Shown piece after piece: positions 48,059-56,511 of a stretch of 64,000 bases of DNA. Origin of the DNA: Gemmatimonadota bacterium (GTDB taxonomy: Bacteria > Gemmatimonadota > Gemmatimonadetes > Longimicrobiales > Gaopeijiaceae); the NCBI GenBank assembly GCA_034521595.1, contig JAXHMG010000003.1, positions 352,001-416,000 on the forward strand. Direction: 5' to 3'. The notes below the pieces were generated by a model, which was not told where the DNA came from, did no database searches, and was given only the letters and a program-made list of their open reading frames with translations. How positions within the stretch are numbered: position 1 is the stretch's first letter; each line of letters begins with the position of its first letter. Both the position numbers and the translations under genes were made by a program.

Positions 48059-48176
48059 AGAGGTCTGCCGGCGCGGCGGATCCGCCGTCGCGCCTCACGA
48101 GAGTGAGCTGGCGCGAGGATGCCTCGCGACGGCGAATCTTTAGAACCCTGTTGCTTGGAACGAGGCGGTTGCTGAC

Positions 48177-48968
48177 ATGGACATGACGAAGATTTCAGGA
48201 TTGGCGGGACTGCTCGGGTTGGCGGCTCTGGTGCCGGCGAGCTCCGGCTTCGTGCCCACCGACGAAGCCCCACCGGCCGCGACGTCCGAGGCGGAGCATT
48301 CGGTCGCGGCAGGTCAGTGGCATATTCGAGCGGAGGGAGCTCGGATCATCGGCGGTTACGGCGACAACTTCGCCTACGACGGTGAGAATGTGCGACCTCT
48401 CGACGGTGAGGCCGAGATGCGCCTGAACACGGCTGACGGCACCGGTGAGCTCGAGGTCACGATCCGGACCACACCGGAATCGGGTCCGATCCACTTTTCC
48501 GCGGACCAGTCGTGGGAAGGCGAGATCCGCATAGTGAAGCAGCTCAACACCGAGCAGATGGACATGGCTCGAGTGGAGGAAGAAGTCTGGCTTCACGGCG
48601 ATACGGGCAACGAGGCGCCGGTCATGCCTCGGCTCTTCAACTATTTCGCCACGTGGGGGCCTTCCCAGATCTTCGTGAACGGCGAGCGGGTCGTCCCGAT
48701 GATCGGAAGCCATACCATGTTGTCCGAGCAGGCTCGAGGGGCGGACGGCAGGATCGCCAAGGCCGGCCAGGTCTATGGCCCCATGGCCGGGGACAAGACC
48801 GGATTCACCAACCCGTCCGAGACCGAGTTCCACTACGTGGCCCATACCACGCAGCCGGACGAGAACAACTTCCCGCCCCATACTGCGTGGATCCACCTCC
48901 ACTTCTCCGACGTCGAAGTGCTGGAGAAGCCGGCCGACGTGGAGATTCCGTACCAGCGTGCGAGGTAG
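48177..48968 (+). CDS. Secreted His-rich hypothetical protein
   Basis: Signal peptide. His-containing motifs WLHGD, GSHTM, FHYVAH, PPHTAWIHLHF. Confidence 0.75.
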   Translation: MDMTKISGLAGLLGLAALVPASSGFVPTDEAPPAATSEAEHSVAAGQWHIRAEGARIIGGYGDNFAYDGENVRPLDGEAEMRLNTADGTGELEVTIRTTPESGPIHFSADQSWEGEIRIVKQLNTEQMDMARVEEEVWLHGDTGNEAPVMPRLFNYFATWGPSQIFVNGERVVPMIGSHTMLSEQARGADGRIAKAGQVYGPMAGDKTGFTNPSETEFHYVAHTTQPDENNFPPHTAWIHLHFSDVEVLEKPADVEIPYQRAR

Positions 48969-48992
48969 GACGCGCCCAACGATTCCGAAACG

Positions 48993-49023
48993 GGGAGCGG
49001 GCCCGGCTCGAGGGTCCGCTCCC
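48993..49023 (+). terminator. GC-rich hairpin after 48968 (terminator-like)
   Basis: GGGAGCGGGCCC / GGGTCCGCTCCC 12-bp stem (one G-U), 7-nt loop; no clear U-tract. Confidence 0.45.
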
Positions 49024-49059
49024 GCCCCGGACGAGCACCCTGTTCTCGATGCGGTCCGA

Positions 49060-49085
49060 AGAACCGTTCGCCGCTCGTTCCGGTT
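49060..49085 (+). promoter_or_regulatory. ECF promoter AGAAC-N18-GTT
   Basis: GAAC 49061-64, GTT 49083-85, upstream of the degenerate sigma gene. Confidence 0.5.
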
Positions 49086-49135
49086 GGGGGAATGTACGAC
49101 CTGCGGTCACTCCGGTCACACGGGAGGTCGGCGAC

Positions 49136-49651
49136 ATGAGCCGGACGCTCGAGGAACAGATCAGCTCGGAGCTCGATACGCTCTGGCAGGCGGCGCTCTT
49201 CCTTACCGGTGGGGTGGAGCAAAGAGCCGAGCCCCTCTTATTGCATGTCATCACGTTGGTGAGCCACGAGGATCCCGGCGCGCTCGAACGTGAAGACGGC
49301 ACGGACGTGCTCGAGCGATTCATGCTCCGACAGTTCTTCGATCAGCCGCTGCGTGGGGGGGACTCTCCACCACGCTCCACGAGCTCGTGTGAAGGGGTCG
49401 ACCCGGACGTCGCCGAGTTGCTCAACGACGCGGGCGCGGTTCCCGATCGAGCGAGGCCCGCGTTGTGGCTGGTGCTCGTTCGCAGGCGATCCTACGAAGA
49501 GGCGGCGGAGGTCTTGGGGATCGAAGGCGACACGTTGAGGGAGCTTCTGGGCTACCGTGACGTCCTCATGGCGAGAGTCGCTGCTCGATCGGGTGGACGT
49601 GTGCCCGGGGACCCCGAGGGGGGATCGACGTCACGGGAGGGAGCGTCGTGA
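49136..49651 (+). CDS. Divergent ECF sigma factor-like protein
   Basis: GGGAGG RBS. LDTLWQAALFLTG (region 2 start), SYEEAAEVLGI (region 4). GTGA overlap with the anti-sigma gene. Region 2 core is poorly conserved. Confidence 0.65.
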   Translation: MSRTLEEQISSELDTLWQAALFLTGGVEQRAEPLLLHVITLVSHEDPGALEREDGTDVLERFMLRQFFDQPLRGGDSPPRSTSSCEGVDPDVAELLNDAGAVPDRARPALWLVLVRRRSYEEAAEVLGIEGDTLRELLGYRDVLMARVAARSGGRVPGDPEGGSTSREGAS

Positions 49652-50457
49652 ACTGCAGGGAGGCACGTGAAGGGCTGTGGCCACCGGAACGACCACGACT
49701 GCTCGACCCGGAGATCGAACGTGCGCGGGAGCATGTTCGGCACTGCCCGGAATGTGCCCGGTATTTCCAGCAGGATCGCGCGGTGCTCGATTCGTGGCAC
49801 CGGCTGCGCGGTGTTCGTGCGCCCCTACGGGTGCGCCTACACGTCTTTCAGGCACTCGCCCGGGCTCGTGGAGAAGGTGGAGAAGTCCGAATCGCCGAGG
49901 AGTCGACCGGAGCGCCGACGGGAGAAGTGGGACGTTCTCGGGCCAGGCGATGGATGGCTGTCGCGATCGTGGCGTTGATCGTCGTTGGATCCGTCTCGGT
50001 GGTGTTCGGCTCGACCTGGTCGCAGGAGAGGGTCGCGTCGGAGCCCGAGCCGGCGGCTGCGGGGTCCGAGGCCGCGTTCGTCGAGGACTACCTCAGGCGT
50101 GCCGTGGGCGAGGACTATCTCGAGACGTCGGATCGAGCCGAGATCGCCCGCTTTCTGCGACGGGAGCTGGGATTGCAGTCCGAGCTTCTGGAGCTGTCGG
50201 GACTCGTGCCCACCAGAGTGGAGATTTGCTTACTCGAGGGACGGCGCGGAGCGATGGTGGTTTATCGGCTCGACGGAGAGCGTGTGACGCACTACCTCGT
50301 GCCGAAGCGCGCGGAAGACCGCCCACCACGGGTCGCGCGGGAACACGGGGCTCTGGCCGTCGTGACTTGGGCCTCCTCGACGATCGAAGAGGCTCTCGTG
50401 GGACAAGTCTCGCCGGATACACTCCTCCAACTCGCGCGGGACGGCGTCTCCGAATAG
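49648..50457 (+). CDS. zf-HC2 transmembrane anti-sigma factor
   Basis: MNCREA...HVRHCPEC, TM helix, periplasmic domain (CLLEGRRGAMVVYR). Confidence 0.82.
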   Translation: MNCREAREGLWPPERPRLLDPEIERAREHVRHCPECARYFQQDRAVLDSWHRLRGVRAPLRVRLHVFQALARARGEGGEVRIAEESTGAPTGEVGRSRARRWMAVAIVALIVVGSVSVVFGSTWSQERVASEPEPAAAGSEAAFVEDYLRRAVGEDYLETSDRAEIARFLRRELGLQSELLELSGLVPTRVEICLLEGRRGAMVVYRLDGERVTHYLVPKRAEDRPPRVAREHGALAVVTWASSTIEEALVGQVSPDTLLQLARDGVSE

Positions 50458-50497
50458 GTGCACCCCTCCTCGGGAACTTTCCGGCATGCTCGGTAAT

Positions 50498-50513
50498 TGT
50501 ACCGGTTGGTACA
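50498..50513. promoter_or_regulatory. Putative TetR (NemR-like) operator TGTACC-N4-GGTACA
   Basis: Perfect inverted repeat 38 bp upstream of the CMD gene start; the TetR gene follows directly. Confidence 0.7.
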
Positions 50514-50550
50514 GTCCGTATCGACTCAATTCAGATGAACGGGAGACACG

Positions 50551-51120
50551 ATGACCGACTTCAAGCTCCAGACCGCTGAAACCGCCACGCCCGAGGGCCG
50601 CGAAGCCATCGAGAAGGCTGAGCAGGGCATGGGCTTCGCGCCCAACCTGGTCAAGATCCTCGCCAACGCTCCAGCGGCGGCCCATGCCTATCTCGACCTC
50701 AACGCGCTGCTCGACAGTACTTCCCTGTCGCCACAGGAGCAGCAGGTGGTGTTGCTTGCCACGAGCTTCGAGAACGAGTGCGGTTATTGCATGGGGGCCC
50801 ATTCGACCGTGGCCGGGATGGTCGGGCTCGACGACGGTGATCTCCAAGCGATTCGTGAGGGCACCGAGCTGCCCACCGCCCGCTTGAACGCGCTCCGGGA
50901 TTTCACCCGAGCCGTCGTGCGGAAGCGCGGTTATGTGACCGAGGACGACATTCGTCGATTCCGTGACGCGGGCTTCGAGCAGGAGCAGGTGCTCGAGGTG
51001 CTCCTCGGCGTCGCGATGAAGACCCTCTCGAACTACACGAACCACATCGCCAATACGCCGCTCGACGAGGCGTTCCAGGCGCAGCAGTGGTCGCCTCCGA
51101 AGGGTGCGGTCACCGCGTGA
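50551..51120 (+). CDS. AhpD/carboxymuconolactone decarboxylase family protein (CxxC)
   Basis: GFAPNL, ENECGYCMGAH, KTLSNYTNH. Confidence 0.92.
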   Translation: MTDFKLQTAETATPEGREAIEKAEQGMGFAPNLVKILANAPAAAHAYLDLNALLDSTSLSPQEQQVVLLATSFENECGYCMGAHSTVAGMVGLDDGDLQAIREGTELPTARLNALRDFTRAVVRKRGYVTEDDIRRFRDAGFEQEQVLEVLLGVAMKTLSNYTNHIANTPLDEAFQAQQWSPPKGAVTA

Positions 51121-51145
51121 TGAACGGGCCGCCGGTCGGGTGGGG

Positions 51146-51781
51146 ATGTCTCACCCGGCCGGCGGGCTCACCATGCCGACCATGACTACTCTCACCACGC
51201 GTGGCCGGGCCACGCGGACCCGCATCGTCGAGGCGGCGGCTCGACTCGTGCACCTGAACGGAGTCGCGGCCACCACGGTGGACCAGGTCCTCGAGGAAGC
51301 CGGAGCCGGCAAGAGTCAGTTCTACCATTATTTCGGCACGAAGGACGACCTCGTCGAAGCCGTGCTCGAGTTTCAGGCGGCCGTCAGCGAAGGCGAGCAG
51401 ACCCGGATCCTCGAACAGCACCCCGGATGGGACGGAATCCGGGTCTGGCTCGATGCCGTCGTGGAAGGGCAGAGGCGTGCGGACTACGCCGGGGGATGCC
51501 CGATCGGGTCGATGGCGGCGGAGATGGCGGACAGGGATCCGGAGCTGAGAGTCCGGCTGGGTGAGGCGTTCGAGCGGAAGCGCGCGGCGCTCGAGCACCG
51601 GCTGCGCGAGCTTCAGGACGACGGGGAGCTCGACGGGGCCGCGGAGCCGGAGGGACTCGCCACCTTCGTGATCGCCACGCTTCAGGGGGCGCTATTGCTC
51701 ACGAGCACCCTCAAGCACGACCACGCGCTCGCTCAGGCCGTCGGGGAGACCTGGCGGCACCTGGTTTCGTTCCGGCGTTAG
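51146..51781 (+). CDS. TetR family regulator, NemR/LmrA-like
   Basis: HTH GVAATTVDQVLEEAGAGKSQFYHYF, GGCPIG motif. Start uncertain (51146, 51173 or 51182). Confidence 0.9.
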   Translation: MSHPAGGLTMPTMTTLTTRGRATRTRIVEAAARLVHLNGVAATTVDQVLEEAGAGKSQFYHYFGTKDDLVEAVLEFQAAVSEGEQTRILEQHPGWDGIRVWLDAVVEGQRRADYAGGCPIGSMAAEMADRDPELRVRLGEAFERKRAALEHRLRELQDDGELDGAAEPEGLATFVIATLQGALLLTSTLKHDHALAQAVGETWRHLVSFRR

Positions 51782-51788
51782 CAGCCTT

Positions 51789-52106
51789 TCAAGAGGACGA
51801 CATCCCCTCGTCTTCTTCCAGGCTCGCGATGATCCGATCGCGCAGCTCCGGGGGCACGTCATGGTGTTGGGCGGCCCGCGACACGGCTTCACGGAAGGAC
51901 TGTTCGAACACGAGCCACGGGTAACACCGCGCGCAGGTCTCCAGGTGGGTGCCGACGCGCTCTTCCATGTTCGGGTCGAGCTCGTTGTCCAGCCATTCGA
52001 AGAGTCTCTCCGCGGCTTCTTCGCAGGAGATCCCACCGGGCTCGTCGTTGCGAGGCTGTCCCTTCCGGCGGCGCAGCAAGCGCCGGAGCTCGTCGGTCCA
52101 CGTCAT
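51789..52106 (-). CDS. Cytoplasmic zinc anti-sigma factor (RsrA/RshA-like)
   Basis: SCEEA..LFEWLDNEL...HLETCARC...VPPELRDRI; no TM; coupled to the sigma gene. Confidence 0.88.
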   Translation of the reverse strand: MTWTDELRRLLRRRKGQPRNDEPGGISCEEAAERLFEWLDNELDPNMEERVGTHLETCARCYPWLVFEQSFREAVSRAAQHHDVPPELRDRIIASLEEDEGMSSS

Positions 52107-52717
52107 GTCGATGGGTCCTTGGCATCCGCGCTGGAGCTCTGAGTCGAGCGCCCGATGATCCCTTGTTCCACGGCGTAGTCGTACAGCTCGTGCTGGAGTC
52201 GTCGTCGCCCACGATAGAGCCGGCTCTTCACGGTGCCCACGGGCACTTCCAGGATTTCCGCGATCTCCTGGTAGGGAAGCTCCTCGAGGTCCGAGAGGGT
52301 CACGACGTCTCGGAACTCGTCGGGCAACTCGTCGATCGCTCGCAGGACCTCGCCGTCGACGATCCGGCTCCAGAACTCTCCTTCCGGATCTCGTCCGCGC
52401 GCCGCGAGGAACACCGTCGCCTCCCGAGAGATCCTGTTCGGATCTTCTTCGGCGGCGTCCGCGACGATCTCGTCGTGCCGACGGGTGCGCTCCTCCCGTT
52501 GGAGGAAGTGATTGCGGCAGATGGTGAACAGCCAGCTCTTGATCCGGGTGCCGGGGGTGTACTTGTCCCAGTTCCTGAATGCGCGGAGGAATGTCTCCTG
52601 CGTCAGATCTTGCGCCCGATCGGGATCTCGGGCGAGGGAAAGCGCGAAGCGGTATACCGCATCCATCTGCGGCAGGGCTTCGTCCTGGAAGGACCCGTCG
52701 GGGGCGTTCGCGCTCAT
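52103..52717 (-). CDS. ECF sigma factor (SigR/SigH-like)
   Basis: AQDLTQETFLRA, YTPGTRIKSWLFTICRN, YQEIAEILEVPVGTVKSRLYRGR. Start inferred at ATG 52717. Confidence 0.92.
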   Translation of the reverse strand: MSANAPDGSFQDEALPQMDAVYRFALSLARDPDRAQDLTQETFLRAFRNWDKYTPGTRIKSWLFTICRNHFLQREERTRRHDEIVADAAEEDPNRISREATVFLAARGRDPEGEFWSRIVDGEVLRAIDELPDEFRDVVTLSDLEELPYQEIAEILEVPVGTVKSRLYRGRRRLQHELYDYAVEQGIIGRSTQSSSADAKDPST

Positions 52718-52835
52718 CGGACGCCGATCTTCACCAGTCACGGGTGGACGAGGTAGCAACTTCCTGCGAGGTGGACGGGAGCATAGACAGGGTGGTGGGA
52801 AGGTGCAAGAGATGCCGCCGCCGACCCTGATCGGC

Positions 52836-52861
52836 CGAACCTTCCTGTCGCGTAATCGGTT
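52836..52861 (+). promoter_or_regulatory. ECF promoter CGAAC-N18-GTT
   Basis: CCGAACCTTCC...GGTTGGG upstream of DUF3179 copy 1. Confidence 0.6.
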
Positions 52862-52901
52862 GGGCGCCCGGAGAGCACGTCCCCTATCGCAGGATGAGCC
52901 C

Positions 52902-54065
52902 ATGAGAACGCGCGACCGTGGAACCGGCCGATATTTCGGATGCCTACCGACACGATCAGGCGGCGGGATCGGACTGAGCGCCGGGTTCGTGTTGGTCGTG
53001 ACGTTGGCGGCCTGCGACGGTGGCGATTCGACCGGCCTCAGTCAACCGAATGGCCCGTCGGATGGTGGAAGCGGGGAAAGCGGGACGGCGTGTCGCGTCT
53101 CCACCGACGATATCCTGGGTCTCCTGGGACCGGATGCGATCCCGGCGCTCACCAACCCACCGCTCGTCGCTCCCGACCACGAGGACGCCTCGTACCTGTC
53201 GGAGGAGGACAGGGTGGTGGGCCTCGTCGTGGATGGCTCCGCCTATGCGTTTCCCCTGAACGTGCTCCGGTGGCACGAGAACGTGAACATCGATGCCGGG
53301 GACGAGCAGCTCGCCGTCTCGTACTGTCCCCTGACGGGGACCGCCCTGACGTTCGACCGATCCGTCGTGGACGGCGCGGAGCTCGGCGTGAGCGGCCTCC
53401 TGTTCCGCAACAACCTCGTGTTGTACGACCGCGGCTCCGAGGACCGCTCCTTCTTTCCCCAGATGCTGCGTTCCGCGCAGTGTGGCCCGCTGTCGGATCG
53501 GGAGCTCGGCCTACCGATGGTCGCATCCTGGGAGATGCGCTGGGATGCATGGAAAGATCTCTTCCCGGACACGCGCGTGTTGTCACGGGAAACCGGATTC
53601 CGTCGTGACTATACCTCGAATCCGAACGTCGGATATGAGGAGATCGACAACCCCAGGACGCTGTTTCCCCTCGTCCTCGATCCCCGTCGGCCTCCCAAGG
53701 AGCGGGTGCTCGGTATTCCCACGGGAGGCGATGGTGGTCCGGCCTATCCGTTCGAGGAGCTCGCCGAATCGGAACGCCGCGCGATACACGTCGGACGCGC
53801 TCCCGGCGGCAGGGTCGTGTTCTGGAGTGCGGAAGCCGAAGCCGCGATCGCGTTCCGAGCCGAAGTGGACGACCAAGCTCTCAGCTTCACGGCGTCGGCC
53901 GGAGGGTACGTGGATCGGGAGACCGGCTCGACCTGGAGGCTGGACGGGCTCGCCGTCTCGGGACCGCTCGAAGGCCGGCGACTCGAGCCGGTCGCCGAAT
54001 CCTACGTCGCGTTTTGGTTCGCCTGGGCGGATTTCCACCCCGAAACATGGGTTTGGAGGAACTGA
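52902..54065 (+). CDS. DUF3179 family lipoprotein (copy 1)
   Basis: Lipobox TLAAC, DAIPALTNP, WHENVN, SYCPLTG, GVSGLL..NNLVLYD, FWFAWADFHP. Confidence 0.88.
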   Translation: MRTRDRGTGRYFGCLPTRSGGGIGLSAGFVLVVTLAACDGGDSTGLSQPNGPSDGGSGESGTACRVSTDDILGLLGPDAIPALTNPPLVAPDHEDASYLSEEDRVVGLVVDGSAYAFPLNVLRWHENVNIDAGDEQLAVSYCPLTGTALTFDRSVVDGAELGVSGLLFRNNLVLYDRGSEDRSFFPQMLRSAQCGPLSDRELGLPMVASWEMRWDAWKDLFPDTRVLSRETGFRRDYTSNPNVGYEEIDNPRTLFPLVLDPRRPPKERVLGIPTGGDGGPAYPFEELAESERRAIHVGRAPGGRVVFWSAEAEAAIAFRAEVDDQALSFTASAGGYVDRETGSTWRLDGLAVSGPLEGRRLEPVAESYVAFWFAWADFHPETWVWRN

Positions 54066-54103
54066 GAACACGCCTCTGACGGTCCGCCGCGGTGGGCGTG
54101 CGT

Positions 54104-55132
54104 TCATTCACGCTCCAAGATCTCCCGCGCCATGCGGTAGGCCACTTCGTGAGGGGTGAGCTCTTCGGCGTCCGCGGTCCGGAGGATGGCGAGGGACCGG
54201 TCGTAGATGCCGTCGAGCTTCGCTCGCATTTCCTCCTGCGGATACAGTCCGGCGGCGGCCGTGCCCGCGATCACCCCACCGGCGCTCGCGACGAAGTCGG
54301 GCACCAGCGCGATGCCTCGCTCCCGGAGACGGCGAGCATCGTCTTCGGTGGCCAGTTGATTGTTGGCGCCGCCACAGATCCCTCGTACGCGGAGATCGGG
54401 AATCGTTCGTTCCGACAGGATCCCACCGAGCGCGCAGGGAGCGAGGACGTCCGCGTCGACGGAGAGGATTCGGTCGGGGGGCGCGACATCGACGGGGGTG
54501 CTCTCGCGTACCGCGCGCACCGCGTCTTCGCTCACGTCCGCGATCGTCACCCGGGCTCCCGCTTCCACGAGGTGCCGCGCCAGGTCGCTTCCCACCGCGC
54601 CCGCTCCCTGGATCGCGACCCGTACGCCCGTGAGGTCGGGAGATCCGAACAGGTGATGGGCGAGCGCGCGTACCCCCTGGAACACCCCGAGCGCGGTCGG
54701 GGGGCCGGAGCTGCCCATCTGTCGATTCGTCGCGCCCACATGAGCAGTCTCCTCGGAGATCACGTCCATGTCGTCGGCGGTGGTGCCGATGTCGGGGCCG
54801 CACATGTAGGCCCCACCGAAGCTTTCGACCACGCGGCCGAACGCGCGCATCCGCTCCGGGGTCTTGTCCCGCTTCGGATCCCCGAGGATGACGCTCTTCG
54901 CGCCACCGAGCGGGAGGTCGGCGAGCACGTTCTTGTACGTCATCGCCCGCGACAAGCGCAGCACGTCCGTGAGCGCCCCGGCCTCGGAGGCATAGGGCCG
55001 GAAGCGAACGCCGCCGGCCGCCACCCGCCCGCGGCTCCGGTGCACGACCACGATCGCCAGGAGACCGCTCTTCGGGTCGCTCACGTGACAGACGCGCTCG
55101 TGGTGGTCGAACTCGGGGTGGTCGAAGATCAT
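54104..55132 (-). CDS. Leu/Phe/Val (ELFV) dehydrogenase
   Basis: GGVRF, LSRAMTYK, LGGAKSV, IQGAGAVG, GGANNQL, PDFVASAGG. Confidence 0.92.
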   Translation of the reverse strand: MIFDHPEFDHHERVCHVSDPKSGLLAIVVVHRSRGRVAAGGVRFRPYASEAGALTDVLRLSRAMTYKNVLADLPLGGAKSVILGDPKRDKTPERMRAFGRVVESFGGAYMCGPDIGTTADDMDVISEETAHVGATNRQMGSSGPPTALGVFQGVRALAHHLFGSPDLTGVRVAIQGAGAVGSDLARHLVEAGARVTIADVSEDAVRAVRESTPVDVAPPDRILSVDADVLAPCALGGILSERTIPDLRVRGICGGANNQLATEDDARRLRERGIALVPDFVASAGGVIAGTAAAGLYPQEEMRAKLDGIYDRSLAILRTADAEELTPHEVAYRMAREILERE

Positions 55133-55239
55133 CGGTCCTTCGTTTCGATCGAGCCGCTCCTATTCCTCGTCGCCAGCGCCTACAGATAGCACGAGGACGC
55201 TTCGAGCGCGACCCGCGTTCTTCGCACGCCGGGCAGGAC

Positions 55240-55265
55240 CGAACCTTCCCACGCCGTGGTTGGTT
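55240..55265 (+). promoter_or_regulatory. ECF promoter CGAAC-N18-GTT
   Basis: CCGAACCTTCC...GGTTGGG upstream of DUF3179 copy 2. Confidence 0.6.
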
Positions 55266-55306
55266 GGGAATACGAGGAGCATGCCCCGAGCCGTGAGGAG
55301 GACCCC

Positions 55307-56482
55307 ATGCGAGCCCCGGACGATTCACCCGGCCGATATCCCCGACGGCGGCCGGGATCCGCACGCGGCAAGGTCGGGTTGAGCCTCTGCCTGGGCGTTG
55401 GCATGGCACTCGGGGCGTGCGACGGCGCTGATCCGACGGCCGCCAGCCGGTCCGAGAGCGCAACCGGCGAGGAAACGGACGAGAGCGGTGTGTTCTGTCG
55501 CATCCCCATAGGCACCATCTACTCCACGAACGGACCGGATGCGATCCCGGCGCTCACCAACCCACCGCTCGTCGCTGCCGACCACGAGAATGCATCGTAT
55601 CTGTCCGACCAGAACAGGGTGGTGGGCCTCCTCGTGGACGGCTCCGCCTACGCGTTTCCCCTCAACGTGCTCCGGTGGCACGAGAACGTGAACATCGACG
55701 TCGGGGGCGAGCAGCTCGCCGTCTCGTACTGTCCCCTCACGGGGACCGCCCTGACGTTCGACCGCTCCGTCGTGGATGGCGCGGAGCTTGGCGTGAGCGG
55801 CCTCCTGTTCCGCAACAATCTGGTTCTCTATGAACGGGGATCCGAGCAGCGTTCGTTCTTCCCCCAGATGCTCCGATCCGCACAGTGCGGTCCGCTGGCC
55901 AGGCAGGAGCTTCAGCTACCCATGGTGGCTTCGTGGGAGATGCGTTGGGATGCATGGAAAGATCTCTTCCCGGACACACGCGTGCTGTCGCGGGAAACGG
56001 GGTTCGATCGCAACTACGAGGCGAACCCGAACGCGGAATACGAACAGATCGACAACCCTCGAACGCTGTTCCCCGTCGAGCCCGATACCCGCAGGCTTCC
56101 CAAGGAACGAGTGCTCGGCATTCCCACGAGCGGGGACGGCGGCCCGGCTTATCCGTTCGAAGAGATGAAGGGCGCGGCCCGACGTACGATGGAGCTCGGG
56201 ACCGGTCCGGGCGCGATCGTGGTGTTCTGGCACGGCGATGCGGAAGCGGCTATTCCGTTTCGCGCCGGCTTCGACGGCCAGGCTCTCACGTTCTCCCCAT
56301 CATCGGAAGGATACGTGGATCGCGAGACGGGCTCGACCTGGAGGCTCGACGGGCTCGCCGTCTCGGGACCACTCGAGGGACGGCGACTCACGCCGGTCGC
56401 GACGGCGTACGTGGCGTTCTGGTTCGCGTGGGCGGATTTCCATCCCGAAACGTGGGTTTGGAGCGCGTCGGGAGGAGAATGA
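55307..56482 (+). CDS. DUF3179 family lipoprotein (copy 2)
   Basis: GAGGAGG RBS, lipobox ALGAC, same motifs as copy 1. Confidence 0.88.
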   Translation: MRAPDDSPGRYPRRRPGSARGKVGLSLCLGVGMALGACDGADPTAASRSESATGEETDESGVFCRIPIGTIYSTNGPDAIPALTNPPLVAADHENASYLSDQNRVVGLLVDGSAYAFPLNVLRWHENVNIDVGGEQLAVSYCPLTGTALTFDRSVVDGAELGVSGLLFRNNLVLYERGSEQRSFFPQMLRSAQCGPLARQELQLPMVASWEMRWDAWKDLFPDTRVLSRETGFDRNYEANPNAEYEQIDNPRTLFPVEPDTRRLPKERVLGIPTSGDGGPAYPFEEMKGAARRTMELGTGPGAIVVFWHGDAEAAIPFRAGFDGQALTFSPSSEGYVDRETGSTWRLDGLAVSGPLEGRRLTPVATAYVAFWFAWADFHPETWVWSASGGE

Positions 56483-56511
56483 TCCGGACGCTGTAAAAGA
56501 CCCGCGCTCGA

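Noticed and set aside
52902-56482. DUF3179 copies as selenoproteins
   Set aside because: Both frames are open with no in-frame TGA; the motif reads CPLT.
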